A stretch of 64,000 nucleotides of DNA from Xylographa opegraphella (Eukaryota): NCBI GenBank assembly GCA_022813865.1, contig JALDZX010000013.1, positions 310,001 through 374,000 on the forward strand, read 5' to 3'. Below the pieces are notes generated by a model that was given only the letters and a program-made list of their open reading frames with translations, was not told the DNA's origin and did not search any database. The position numbers and the translations under genes were made by a program. Shown in pieces: positions 1 through 12,709 of the stretch (position 1 is its first letter; each line of letters begins with the position of its first letter).

Positions 1-925
1 TAGCCTCTGCGCGATATACTCGACCTTCCTTTACTCCTCTGCCATGTCCAATCACTCCTTCCTTCGGCCGCTTCAACTTGCCTTCATGCAGGCAGTACGG
101 AGTATGTCATGGTCATTGCACCCATCCGTTCTCTTTCACAATTGCTAGTGGATCACTGTTGCCTGCATTAGGCAAACGGTGATAAAATCCCATCATCCAT
201 ACATTTTCATGCACAGGCTCGCCTACCTGCTTCTGACGGAGTACATCTTGCTAAGCTGCATTGAGCGAGCTAACGGATGCATACGTCCTTCGCTCTGAGC
301 TGGACGGATTCAGACTGACGCTGGCTCGCGCTCGTTCGTGCCCCGCGCAATACCGAGCGCTTCGTCGTAGAGCCCACTCGTTTTCTGATTTGGGTCACGG
401 TCGGTTGATGCGCTCGCTTGCTTGCTTCTAGATAGCACTGCTCCAGCAGTCGTTCAACGTCTCCACACCAGGCTAACTTAGCGATTCGACTTCAGGTTAT
501 TGCATCGCAACTAACTGCCTACCCAACTCCTCCGCCCCGTCGGCTACGTACCTCCCTTACATACCTTACTTTTAGCACTGATCTAAGCAAGTCATCTTTC
601 AACGTCATGAAGGAGTTTATCCCTGAATAAGCCTTAATAATCCCAGCAGAATGGCTTTCGATGTACGCCATTTTGTGGGGAAGCAGCCTCAACGACAGCC
701 AGTGGGCAAACGCCGTGGAGGTCCCACTCCTTGGCTAGCCGTTAAGCTTCGAAAATTACCTCTCACTGCTCTTCCCATTTGTCATCTCTCCCCCGGAGAT
801 CCGAACTGAGTCTCGTCCGGCACGGGTCTATTCCTGTCAAGGCCGATGGCGGTTCAGTGCTTACTGAGTTTTGCCTGTTCTGGCAATACGTGCTAGTTAC
901 ATACGCATGCATGGACGGCCGGACA

Positions 926-933
926 TATAAAAA
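926..933 (+). promoter_or_regulatory. Putative TATA box of egt1
   Basis: TATAAAAA ending 58 nt upstream of the egt1 ATG at 991. Confidence 0.5.
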
Positions 934-990
934 GGCGGCAGCCGCCGTGCCATTTTCTTTAGAAAAGCCGTGTCTTGCAGGGGTTCTAGA

Positions 991-3900
991 ATGTCTTTTT
1001 CTGCTGGTGAAAGGGCCCATGCCTCTATCATTGACATTCGCCGTGATGAAATTCAGTTCTCCATCCTGGACGACATGCAGCGAAAGTTACGCCCGGCCAA
1101 GCACGAGGAGAAGAAATTACCTACTTTGCTGCTGTACGATGAGAGAGGCCTCAAGTTGTTCGAAGAGATCACTTATCTCGACGAGTACTATTTGACCAAC
1201 GCGGAAATAGAGGTCCTGAGTCGCTACGCAGATCGGATTGCTGATCGTCTGGTGGATGGCTCGCAGCTCATAGAATTGGGAAGTGGGTATGATACTACCA
1301 CTCCCGTGCTCCTGGCTTGAGCGGAATCTATCACCCGCGTTTGACTGAGTCTGGAATACTGATGCACACCAGCAATCTGCGCAAGGTCGTCATTCTGCTG
1401 AATGCGATTGAAAGATCCGGCAAGCGCGTAGACTACTATGCCTTGGACCTGTCACTTTCGGAGTTACAGAGGACACTTTCGGCAATACCCGAAGGGGCCT
1501 TCAAGCACGTACGCTGCTACGGCTTGCACGGAACTTACGATGATGGCCTTGAGTGGATGAAATTGAAGGGAAACGCAAGCAAACCGAAATGCGTTATGTG
1601 GCTTGGGTCATCGGTTGGAAACTTCACCCGTGACGAGGCAGCAAGCTTTCTGAAGGGGTTCGCGTTAGCTCTACGTCCTTGTGATACGATGCTGATAGCC
1701 GTCGACGGCTGCCAAGATGCACAGAAGGTCTACCACGCTTATAATGACCGCGAGGGCAAGACACATGAATTCATTCTCAATGGATTAACCCACGCTAACA
1801 AGCTCCTGGCCAAGACGGTCTTTCATCCGGAAGACTGGGAAGTCGTAGGAGAGTACGATGAGATTGCAGGACGACATCAAGCGTTTGTTGTCCCTAAGAG
1901 GCACCTACAGGTCGACGATATTCACGTCGCTGCTGGGGAGAGAGTACGAATCGAGGAGAGCTATAAGTATTCGGCTCTCGAGATCGAACGTCTCTGGGAA
2001 GCTGCTGGACTGTGTCCGGGAGTGACCTTTGCGGATCAGACCGGGCGATACGGTGAGTTCTTTCAACCTTTCCTCTGCTCGTTATCATACTTTCTAGGCG
2101 AATAGGAGCTCGATTTCATAAATTTGCTTAGTCATGTTGCCAAGCGTTCTTCAGATTTTGCCGTTCCGATATCCCCTGAAACATGCGGATGGGCGTGCTC
2201 TGTGCTTCTCAGTTTGTTCTACAGGCTTTCCAGACTCTCTTCGGCTAACGGCATGGAATGGGTAGCTATCCATATGCTGTCAGTACCACGATTTATCTAT
2301 TCCTTGGATCCTGTACGATATGCTGCCAGTCCTACTCCGAGTTTGGACGAGTTCGAGCATTTATGGGCGGCTTGGGACATGGTCACCACTTCGATGATTC
2401 CATACAAGGAACTTCTCTCTAAACCAATTAAGCTCCGCAATTGCTGTCTTTTCTATCTGGGGCATATTCCTACTTTCCTGGACATTCATCTTACTCGAGC
2501 GACCAAGGGTGTTCCAACAGAACCGAGCTCCTATCGACGAATCTTTGAGCGAGGCATTGATCCCGATGTCGACAATCCGGAGTTGTGTCATGATCACAGC
2601 GAGATTCCCGATGAGTGGCCTCCTGTAAAGGAGATCCTTTCTTATCAACATCAAGTTCGGGAAAGGACAAGACACTTGTATAGTGTCGCTTCGGTTGATA
2701 GAGATCACAAGCTTAGCCGAGCACTCTGGCTGGCTTTCGAGCATGAAGGTAAATTATATCGTTTTTAAGAGTCAAAGAGGCTGGCATACTGAAGTTCAAT
2801 TCTAGCCATGCATTTGGAGACTCTCCTATACATGCTACTGCAGAGTGATAAGACTGTACCACCTGTAGGAGTGAGACCAGACTTTGCGGCACTTGCAGAT
2901 CAAGCAAGTATCCATGCTGTACCAAATGCCTGGTTCAAAGTTCCTTCCAGCAACATCACGATTGGCCTTAAAGATCCAGAGGACAGCTTTTCTCCAGATC
3001 GATACTTTGGTTGGGATAATGAGAAACCTTCCCGCTCAACTTATGTTCCAGCTTTCGAGGCAAAAGCGAGAGGCATCACCAACGCAGACTATGCACGTTA
3101 TCTGGAGGAAACTGGTACAGCTTCCTTGCCAGCCTCCTGGGCTGCAACAAGTGTTCCCAACAGCGACAGTCCACTAAAGATGGTGAATGCAAACGAGTGT
3201 GATACTGTCAAACCATACTTGAATGGCCACAGTAAGCCACTAACAGACGCCTTTTTAACTGGCAAGTCAGTTCGCACGGTCTATGGTCCCGTTCCTTTGA
3301 TTCACGTTCTCGATTGGCCTGTGATGGCTTCGTATGACGAACTTGCCGGTTGTGCAAAATGGATGAATGGCCGCATTCCGACGATGGAGGAAGCTCGAAG
3401 CCTTTATAATTATGTCGAACAGTGTACGGCAAAAGACGCAGGCGAAGTTCGTGCTTCCACGATTCCAGCTGTCAACGGGTAATACATCCTAACAATATGG
3501 ACCGCAATCTTCTTACATATTCTAGTCATCTTTCCAATGAGGGTGTGGAAGAGAGTCCGCCATCACACCCTTCTCGTATGAACGGGACCAGTACCAAGCA
3601 CAGTCCAAATCCAAGAGAGCTCTTTGTCAACCTCGAAGGCTGCAACGTGGGCTTCAAGCACTACCACCCAATGCCTATCACACAGAATGGAAACAAACTA
3701 TGTGGTCAAGGTGATATGGGGGGAGCTTGGGAATGGACCAGCTCGGTACTGGAGAAGCATGAAGGCTTTGAACCCATGGATTTATACCCTGCCTATACTG
3801 GTTTGTCCTTATTTTTGATGTTAGAAATCTTGAGACGTGTCTAACAACTAACAGCGGACTTCTTTGATAACAAGCATAATATCATGCTTGGAGGTTCTTG

Positions 3901-4063
3901 GGCCACACATCCTCGAATCGCGGGCAGGAAGACTTTGTAAGCTAACCTCCCTCCATCCGTCGGCTCGTATCTGACAGAGCAAAGTGTGAACTGGTACCAG
4001 CGTAACTATCCCTACGTCTGGGCCGGTGCAAGACTTGTTCGCGACATCAAGTCGGGAACTTGA
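991..4063 (+). CDS. egt1: Ergothioneine biosynthesis protein 1: histidine N-alpha-trimethyltransferase (EgtD-like) fused to hercynylcysteine sulfoxide synthase (EgtB-like DinB + FGE-sulfatase domains); 7 exons
   Basis: Exons 991-1286, 1373-2052, 2266-2748, 2806-3478, 3526-3800, 3855-3936, 3985-4063 splice in frame at GT..AG sites. Motifs: LPTLLLYDERGLKLFEEITYLDEYYLT, ELGSGNLRK, FYLGHIPTFLD, FERGIDPDVDNPELCHDHSE, HEAMHLETLLYM, GGAWEWT, GGSWATHPR, NWYQRNYPY. Confidence 0.95.
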
Positions 4064-4757
4064 ATTATTAGATTCATCGGAGTACGCCATAAATGAGTAT
4101 ATATCAGCTTGTGGAGCTCCTCTAATATGGCTTTCAACAAGTTGTATCTTTCATAGCATCCTGCCAGTCTGAATTCGGTTGTATTGCTTTCACGTTCATG
4201 GTTTTCAGAAAGATAGGACGCATCCTTGATGACATATAGGTCCCGCATTCGTTCCATTCGTGCGTAATCAAAGTCTTTCGTGAAGCACATTGAGATCTCG
4301 AATACATAGAGACTGTTCACGCTCAACTTCAGCCATGAATCTTCCTTGCCGGTCACCTCATATAAGGGAGATATGCCGCTTCCTGCCAAAGTCTATTCTT
4401 TCGAGACTTTTTCACCTGTGGCGTGCGAGTTTTATAAATAAAGAACTCATATAGTAAGAACTTCGTCTCAGAAACCGTCTTCTACATCCTTTTAGTCGAT
4501 AAGACGCTAGATACTACCCATGAAACTAGGTCAACACCGAATAGTACATATGATACAATTTCGGTTAACAGCCAACACCGCCATACGTCAACAAGATATA
4601 TCGAATCAACAGACAACGAACGTTAACATTCCTACCTTTTTCTCAGCAAGAATTTTTGCACATAGTCCTCGACTTCAGACAATTTCCCAGCACAACATTG
4701 ACCAGTATTACCACGAAGAAGATACACTCTAATACATCGAGATCCGAGATAACCGTA

Positions 4758-5921
4758 ATGGCTTCCATTGCCCAGATCCTGGCTTTCTCCACAAAAAAAA
4801 TCAACAACGGGCCATTCTTCAGATGGGAAGTATGTTCACCCCTACAATAACCCCATCATGACAAAACGCTAACTCTACCGCAGGCCCAGAATGGTGGTCT
4901 TGGTACCGTCCAAACTCCCAATCCAAGATCACGAAGATGGACACAAGCTGTGCTAATAACAAGCACAGAACACAAGTGCGCAATATGCCACACCTGCCTC
5001 TCCAGCCCCCGCGCGAAGAAATCCTGCTTCGGCATCCACGAGTTCATCTGCCCCGGCTACCACGGTACTCTGCACCGCGCCGGGTCCGAGCACAAGTGTG
5101 ACGCGTGCCGCATGGCCAGCGAGCAGCACATTGACCGCATCCGCGAGATAGCCACCGTGGACTACTCCGCGCAGGAGCGAATCGCCGAAAAGCCCATGAA
5201 CCCACCCAGCCGCAAAAGAGGCTCCATCGCCAGGGGTGCGTGGGATCCTATCAACGGCAGCAGCATGAAGCCTCCCGACTCTCCCGGCATCGGCGCCAGT
5301 CCCGGAACGGCAGTCGGCGCGAACAAGAAAGACAAGAAAGCCGAGCAGTCCGCACGCCGAGCACGAGCGCACACGGGTAGACTCGTCTCAGCAGAAGAGG
5401 TCGCTCGCTGGGAAGCCGCGCTGCACCCGCCAGTGCCCGAGCGCAGCGACACCGACGCGGCTACCGCTGCCGCCGCGCTAACGTACACGCCGCAGCTATC
5501 CTCCCACAGCTCCATCAAGCAAGACGCACAGGCGAAGAAGGCGCTGCGCCGCCGCACGCTGCACCCTGCTGCCTTGTCCGCCACCAAAGCCGCCATTGTC
5601 GATGCCCTGCTCGCCAAGCTCGACATAGGGGACACCACGCCGCGTTATGCGGGCAAGGAGGGCAGGGCGCTGATGGGGAAGCTGCGCGGCTTGATCGAGG
5701 CTCATCTGACGGTGAGTGCGAACGAGGAGCGCTACCGCATGCAGCGCATGGAGGGCTATTGGCGATATGTCAATCGCAGAGCGTACAATCGAATGGTGCG
5801 CGGTGGGGAGCTGTGGGATTGTGGGACGGGGGGCATGTTGCCGGAGATTGAGGAGAGTGAGGGGGGTGAGGAGGGGGGTGAGGAGGGGGTGGAGGTGGGG
5901 GGGGGGAGAGGGGAGGTTTAG
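4758..5921 (+). CDS. Hypothetical protein with an N-terminal Cys/His-rich putative zinc-binding region
   Basis: Model: exons 4758-4829, 4884-4902 (19-nt microexon), 4969-5921; branch points GCTAAC and GCTAAT precede the acceptors. Cys/His stretch HKCAICHTC...CFGIHEFICPGYH...HKCDAC. The start is uncertain. Confidence 0.6.
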
Positions 5922-6154
5922 GGTGTGGATGTTCGTTATGCTTCGCATGTTGGGGCTTGTTTTTAATGGGCGGTGGGTGGATGAAAGGGGGTTTGTTCTA
6001 ATTTTGGGTGATCTTGTAGCGGTTGGGTTGGTTTTGGGGGTTCCGGCTGGGGGCTTGGATTTTGGTTTTGGGTGGCTCGACAGCCATAATACGTGGATTC
6101 TCCTCTTTGGAAACGGTTTCATATGTAGGGTGTCTATGAAGTGCTACGTTGGTG

Positions 6155-7469
6155 TCATACAAGGAAGATGGGGATCTCATTCACGCTCCCCGGCCCTTTC
6201 GTCTCTGTCGCCTCCTTTAACTTTCTGGTGTTCATATCGACGCGTCGCTGCATGATGCGTTTGGACACTGCGCTGTGCGCGCCGATGGGTCTGGGGAGTT
6301 CGTCGAGAATGTCATGTGCGGGGACAGATTTGTTATTTTTGGGTGTGGACGTAGTGTTTGCGGAGTTGGATGTGGCCTGCTGTGAATTGGGGCGTGTCCG
6401 CAGCGGACTGGGAAGCGATGGGAGAGTGTGCTTCCGTGCCGTTGCCACTTTTGATGTTGATGGGGACTTTGTTGTTGTTGTGGTCGACCGCAGAGAGCTT
6501 GATGCAGGCTTTCGGACGGAACGGCTGATCATGCTCGGCATGTCGAGGTCGTCATCTTCGTCTGTTGCGGTCGAGTCGGCGTCCGCTGCGTGTGCTTCCG
6601 CGACTGCACGTATAGAAGAGACAGTACGCGTACTCTGCCGTGGTGGACCTGCTTGGCGATCCAGGTCAAAGTACTTCGATTGTGATACCTGACGTTCGGG
6701 TTTTGAGTATCCGGCTGCAGCCCTTGTGCCGGAAAGCACACCTTGCAAGCCCGTCAGGGAAGTCTGTTTCCTGCTGGGACTGGTCATGAGCCCGTGTAGT
6801 GTGGTTCCGACCCATAGTTCGCCGGTCCTTGTGTCTTCCACATCTGACTCGACATCGCTGCCGGTTCTGGGCCTTTTCGACGCCGCCTTTTCCTTCAGGT
6901 GCGCCAGAGCGGCTTTCTGCTTTGCGGCTTTGCTCTCTTGTTCTTTCCTCTTCTTGGTCTCCACCCGCATTTCCGTGATCGAGTCGGTGGGTCGAGATAT
7001 CGTAGTGATGGCAGATGCATTTCTGCTTCTCGCCAAGTTTTTCAATCGCTTGTATTCCGCATGGTGTAGGTGTTGGGTGAACTGCTTCGCCACGGCATGG
7101 AACTCGTCTTCCACCATGATGTAGATGTCATCTCTCTCCAGTCCTTCTCTCATGAACCTATAGCTGTGGTCAGCGCCAGGGATGCCTGATCTAAGAGCCA
7201 AACTTACTCTTCTGCTGGTGGCTGCGGAGGTGGGGAGGTAGATGGCGTCTGGTCTGGCTCACATGTTAGTCCATGTATGGTAGGAAGAGTTCATCTGACA
7301 GTTTACCTGCTCTTGGAGCGGATTTGCGCCTCAGCGTAGCCGCGTCGGTCGTCGATGGCAATGATTCCACTTCGGATTCTGGTTCAGCGGTCCTGTTCCT
7401 CTTGGTTACACGCGCTTGGGAAATTGTAGTTTTGGCCCCTCCTTTAAGCCACGGTAGTGTTCTTGCCAT
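6155..7469 (-). CDS. Hypothetical protein (low-complexity, coiled-coil), 3 exons
   Basis: Exons 7469-7307, 7253-7208 and 7157-6155 join in frame at canonical sites: MARTLPWLK...PPAEEFMREGLERDDIYIMVEDEF...NEIPIFLV. Confidence 0.75.
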
Positions 7470-7778
7470 ACCTGCTATTATTGAATCAGAAATGGACGAA
7501 GTGTGACAAAGTAGAGCACGGGGGGTGACCGCACTAGGGCTGACTGGTCAGGCGTTTATCCTAAACGACCGCCGTGCACAAGGTCTCTTTGATGCATAAC
7601 CATAAGCATGCTACACTTACCCCAAAGCGTGAGGCATCAGAATTCCCGGTAGAAGTGGTCTTGTCGCGGACATCAGCATGTCCTACAGGTAACACCCCGC
7701 AGCCTTGAGCTTTTCGGATGGCGGTTTCATCAGACTACGCTGCCTCGTGGAGCGGAATGATCGATTGAGCTTTCCAGT

Positions 7779-10700
7779 ATGGGTCAGAGTGTGTCACTGG
7801 CGGCGCTGTCTGCTGGTTCTGCGGGCATAAATGTCAAGCAGCTGGAGGACTTGACTTATGAGAAGTCTCTGGGTACAGCACGGTTTATGAAATGTATCCG
7901 AGCCAGGCATCGGAATGGGCTTGTCGTGGTGAAAGCTGCGATGCGGCCTTTTCCTGACTTTAAGCTGGGCGAATATGTTAAAGCTATAAGGCGTGAGTAG
8001 GTTGCTGTCAGGCCCAATATCACAGCTGGATCGACTAACGATGGATGTCAGACGAACGTGATCTCCTCGCTGACATACCTAATGCTCTTGGCTATCAACG
8101 GATCTTCGAAACAGAGAGCAGTGGTTATCTTGTACGACAGTATCTGCATAGTTCTCTCTATGATCGTATGAGGTATGTCCACATGCCGGAGCTTATAGAT
8201 AGGTTCTGATTATAATCATAGCACACGCCCGTTTCTTGAGGACATTGAGAAGAAATGGCTCGCATTTCAGCTCCTTTGCGCTCTCCGTGACTGTCACAGC
8301 AGAAATGTCTTTCATGGAGATATCAAGACGGAGAACATACTGGTGACTTCCTGGAATTGGCTTTACCTTACCGACTTCTCTTCGTCCTTTAAGAAAACCT
8401 ATCTACCAGAAGATAACCCCGCTGACTTCTCCTACTTCTTTGACACGTCTGGAAGGAGGACCTGTTATCTAGCACCTGAACGGTTTCTAGGCTCTGGAGA
8501 GAATGGAGACAAGACAGCGGTTACATGGGCAATGGATGTATTTAGTGCTGGCTGTGTCATTGCAGAGTTGTTTCTCGAGTCTCCAATATTCTCACTAAGT
8601 CAACTTTTCATTTACCGGAATGGTGACTACGATCCCAAGTTTGGCGCCCTCAGCAAGATCGAGGACGACGACATCCGTGAACTGGTCGCGCACATGATTC
8701 AGGTGGAACCCGAGTCAAGGTATTCAGCTGAGGAATATCTCAATTTCTGGCGCCGTAAGGCATTTCCGGAATATTTCTATAGCTTTTTGCACCAGTACAT
8801 GGGTCTGATTACTGATCCATCATCGGGACGAACACCTGTTGAGCCGGACACAGTCAATTTTGGAGAAGCGGACGACAGGATTGATCGCGTGTATTATGAT
8901 TTCGACAAGATTTCTTACTTCTTAGGATATGGCAACGACAAAACCAGTCAATTCACTCCGCAGTATAACGACAACTTATCGAACGAAGTGCTTCCCGTAG
9001 AAATTGATATTCCCGACAACAGGCATCCAGCTTCCAGTGCGGGCAGAAAACCAGTCGACGATGGAACCCTGATATTCCTTACTCTTGTTGTTTCTGCTCT
9101 ACGCAATACCGCCAGGTCATCGTCTAGATTACGTGCCTGTGACTTATTACTGGCGTTTGGGGAAAGAATTACAGATGAGGCTAAATTAGACAGAATATTA
9201 CCGTATGTAGTGGCCTTGCTCAACGACCGAGCGGATATCGTCAGGGTTGCTGCTATTCGGACGATCACACAGCTGGTAGGTGCTCTGATAAGATTTGCTT
9301 CTACCACTAACTGGTGCAGCTCTCTCTCGTCACTGTTGTTTCTCCTGTGAACGCATATGTCTTTACCGAATACATAAGACCACGGCTACAGAACATGATA
9401 GAAGGGTCAGTTTCGAAGACAAAGCCAGTGGTAAGGGCGACATACGCCGCCTGTCTCGCATCTCTCGCGCACACTTCTCAAAGAATCTTGAACATGGTGC
9501 AAGCTCTCAGAGCAGATGGATCAATGCCTACAATTGATCCAGAAGCTGAGGTTGGTGTGGCTACCAACGCTATGTATCAGAATCTGTACGATGTTGCCAA
9601 GTCCGATCTAGTGGAGCACTTCGAGTTACATACAAAAGCTCTGCTTACCGATAGTGATGCGTCTGTTCGGAGAGCCTTCCTCGGATCAGTTTCCAGCTTG
9701 TGTGTCTTCTTCGGTACCCCTCTGGCGAATGATGTGGTTCTCAGTCATTTGAACACGTATCTTAACGATAAAGACTGGATATTGAAATGTGCTTTTTTCC
9801 AAACAATTGTTGGAGTAGCAACATTCGTTGGTGGTACCAGTTTAGAAGATTTCCTACTTCCACTTATGATTCAGGCTTTGACGGATCCAGAGGAGTTTGT
9901 TGTTGTGGAGGTCATATCCTCATTTGCAGTCATGTCAGAACTTGGATTACTCCAACGATCGAGGACCTGGGAAATGGTCGATGTGGTGGCACGATTCATG
10001 GTACACCCTAATATATGGATCAAAGAAGCTGCCGTACATTTCATTTCATCGTCAACTCGATTTCTCACTCCAGCAGATACTCATTGTATCATCTTGCCTC
10101 TGATTCGACCTTATCTTAAAACGTCAATATTCGAGTTTTCTGAAACAACGATACTAGATACCCTCAAAAAGCCCCTTCCAAGATCTGTTATGGAGATGGC
10201 ATTGACGTGGGCCACTAAAGTTGATCGCGGATTGTTTTGGAAGCCCGTCCAACAGCAACGAACGTTTTCGTTTGGTGGACCCGAACAGGCGGTTCCTACA
10301 ATATCGTCAAAAGACCTTACTCCCAACTCTTTGCGCAAAACACCGAAGAACGATGAGGATGAGCAATGGCTCGGTCGTCTAAGAAATCTAGGTCTTACAG
10401 CCGACGATGAATTTAAACTTTTGGCTCTGAGAGACTATATCCATCGTCTTGCTTTGAATCGTCCTAAAGAAGGCAATACTACCGCATCGCGCCTGAATAG
10501 TGTAATTAACCTTAAGGAGTTCAATATCACCCCAACCACAGTCTTTTTCGAAAATCGCCGAAAAAGTAAGAGTCTAACCCGCCAGTTTCCTAACGGCGGG
10601 TTTCCATCGAACGGTGGGCGTCCAACACCTCATACTATCGCTGATGCACTTCTGGATGCATCCACTACCATGAACGACACACTGGCGACGCGGAAAGAGA

Positions 10701-12709
10701 CCAATGCCGTTGGCCGAGGTTACCAAGCTAATGAAGACCCAAGACCACTTCCTGTCTCTGCAGGCTTTAATGAATCAAGACGAAGCTCTTCGAATATTCC
10801 ATCTCCGTTGTCATCATCTCCTGGTACACGTGGAGCAACTCGTGATCATCTATCGCCGTATGCGGCGCTCACAACTCGAACCTCCTCCCGCTTACCCACT
10901 CGATTCAGCCCCGGTGATGATACTCGAAGTGATGGTACCATAACACCAACAGATTCTCTGAAGGCCGGAAATGGACGAGAACGTTTCAATGGCGTCAGAG
11001 CGAAATCCAGTGCCATAAATCTTCTGAGTCGCAGGGATACGCCAAAGACATTTGCGGAAACAAGCACAGACGCCACTAATGCTACAGGAGAGATGGACGC
11101 TCCAGTAGACGCTGGTGACGACGCTTCCTCTGCGCTCAATGGACAGGTCGGACGGGTACAGAGTCCCATGACCTCCGCTCGTGCTGGACATACATACAGC
11201 GGTGGTGATCCCCATGTAAGGAGGCTTTTAGACGATTTGGCTTCGGAAAATTACCCGCTCGATCTGGTCGATTTCGGCCCTCAAGTGGTCCCAGTGGGCC
11301 GAAGAGTGCTTAAAAAGGCAGATCTGCAAGATGTAGATGTTCCTTGGCGCCCTCAAGGAATACATGTTGCTACTTTCGGGGAGCATACTGCTGCGATCAA
11401 TCGGATATTGCCGTCTCCAGATCATGCTTTTTTTATTACGGCGTCTAATGATGGAAGCGTAAAAGTGTGGGATACCTCCAGGCTTGAGCGCAACCTAATA
11501 CACCGCTCCCGCCAAACACATCAACACGCTGATGGTACAAGGGTTCTCTGTATAACTTTTGTGGAAAATACACATACATTTGTGAGCTCTGCAAGCGATG
11601 GTAGCATTCATGTTGTGAAAGTGGACTGCACGCCCGTTGCCGAGTCGACCAAGTATGGTAAACTACGACTTGTGAGAGAGTATCAACTTGAAGAAGGAGA
11701 GTGGGCAATCTGGTCTGAGCACTTCAAATTCGAGGCCAAATCGATACTCATCTTAGCAACGAATACTTCACGTATACTAGCATTTGATCTTCGGACTATG
11801 ACCCTCCTCTACGACTTCACGATCCCGGCACACCATGGTCCCCCGACTTGCTTCGTTTTGGACAAAAAGCACAACTGGCTCCTTTTAGGCACAATCCGTG
11901 GTATTTTGGCGCTTTGGGATCTTCGGTTTCGCATTTGCGTCAGGTCTTGGGGTTTACCAGGTGGATCGCCAATTCACCGTCTCACCATTCACCCGTGGAA
12001 AGGTCGTGGTCGATGGGCCTGCGTTGCAGGAGGTACAGGGCAGAACGAGATCACTATATGGGACATTGAAAAAATGCAATGTCGTGAGGTTTATCGTACA
12101 AGCGGTAGCAACGAAAACCTCAAAGCTTATGATGCCCTCAAAATCGACGATGAGAAGCCTGAAAGCATGCTAGAACGGTTCGCCACGGCGTTAGAATTTT
12201 CCAAGAGCAGCAATGTCGACAGCGATATCAGGGCACTTGCTATAGGGGTAGATGTTCCAAAGGACGGTCACGACGCTAAGTATGGTTTCATGATCACGGG
12301 AGGAACGGATCGCAAAATCCGCTTCTGGGACCTAGCACGGGTGGAAGCATCTGTAATTGTCAGCGGCTTGGGGATAGATGAACCCCAGCCAAAGTATCTG
12401 GCTACCCATCCAAGTACTACACTTGCCCTTCATATCGAACGAGGTCCACAAACAGGGGAATCGGCACCGAATGCGGGCGTGGGTAGTGGGAGGGGAGAAG
12501 CTGCAGACAGGACGAAAAGCAACAGCGGAGGTAAACGCGGAGGGGCCTCTGGGCCAAACAAAGCCCCGCGCAGTGCGGTGATAGCAGCACAGCAGCGCGA
12601 CTTGCTGAGACGCCATCTGGATGTCATAACGGATGTGGCGGTGCTTGAGAGGCCGGTCGGGATGACCGTCAGTGTTGATCGAAGAGGATGTATTTATGTC
12701 TTCCAATGA
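7779..12709 (+). CDS. VPS15: Phosphoinositide 3-kinase regulatory subunit Vps15 (kinase + HEAT + WD40)
   Basis: MGQ myristoylation-type N-terminus, HGDIKTENILVTSWNW kinase motif, FFDTSGRRTCYLAPERF, HEAT repeats, C-terminal WD40. Introns approximately 7993-8051, 8173-8221, 9276-9319. Confidence 0.95.

Noticed and set aside
2052..2265. Stwintron ([D1,2]-type) reading of egt1 intron 2 via CTCAG|TTTGT at 2212
   Set aside because: It would remove one extra G and frameshift the sulfoxide-synthase domain; the simple intron is already in frame.
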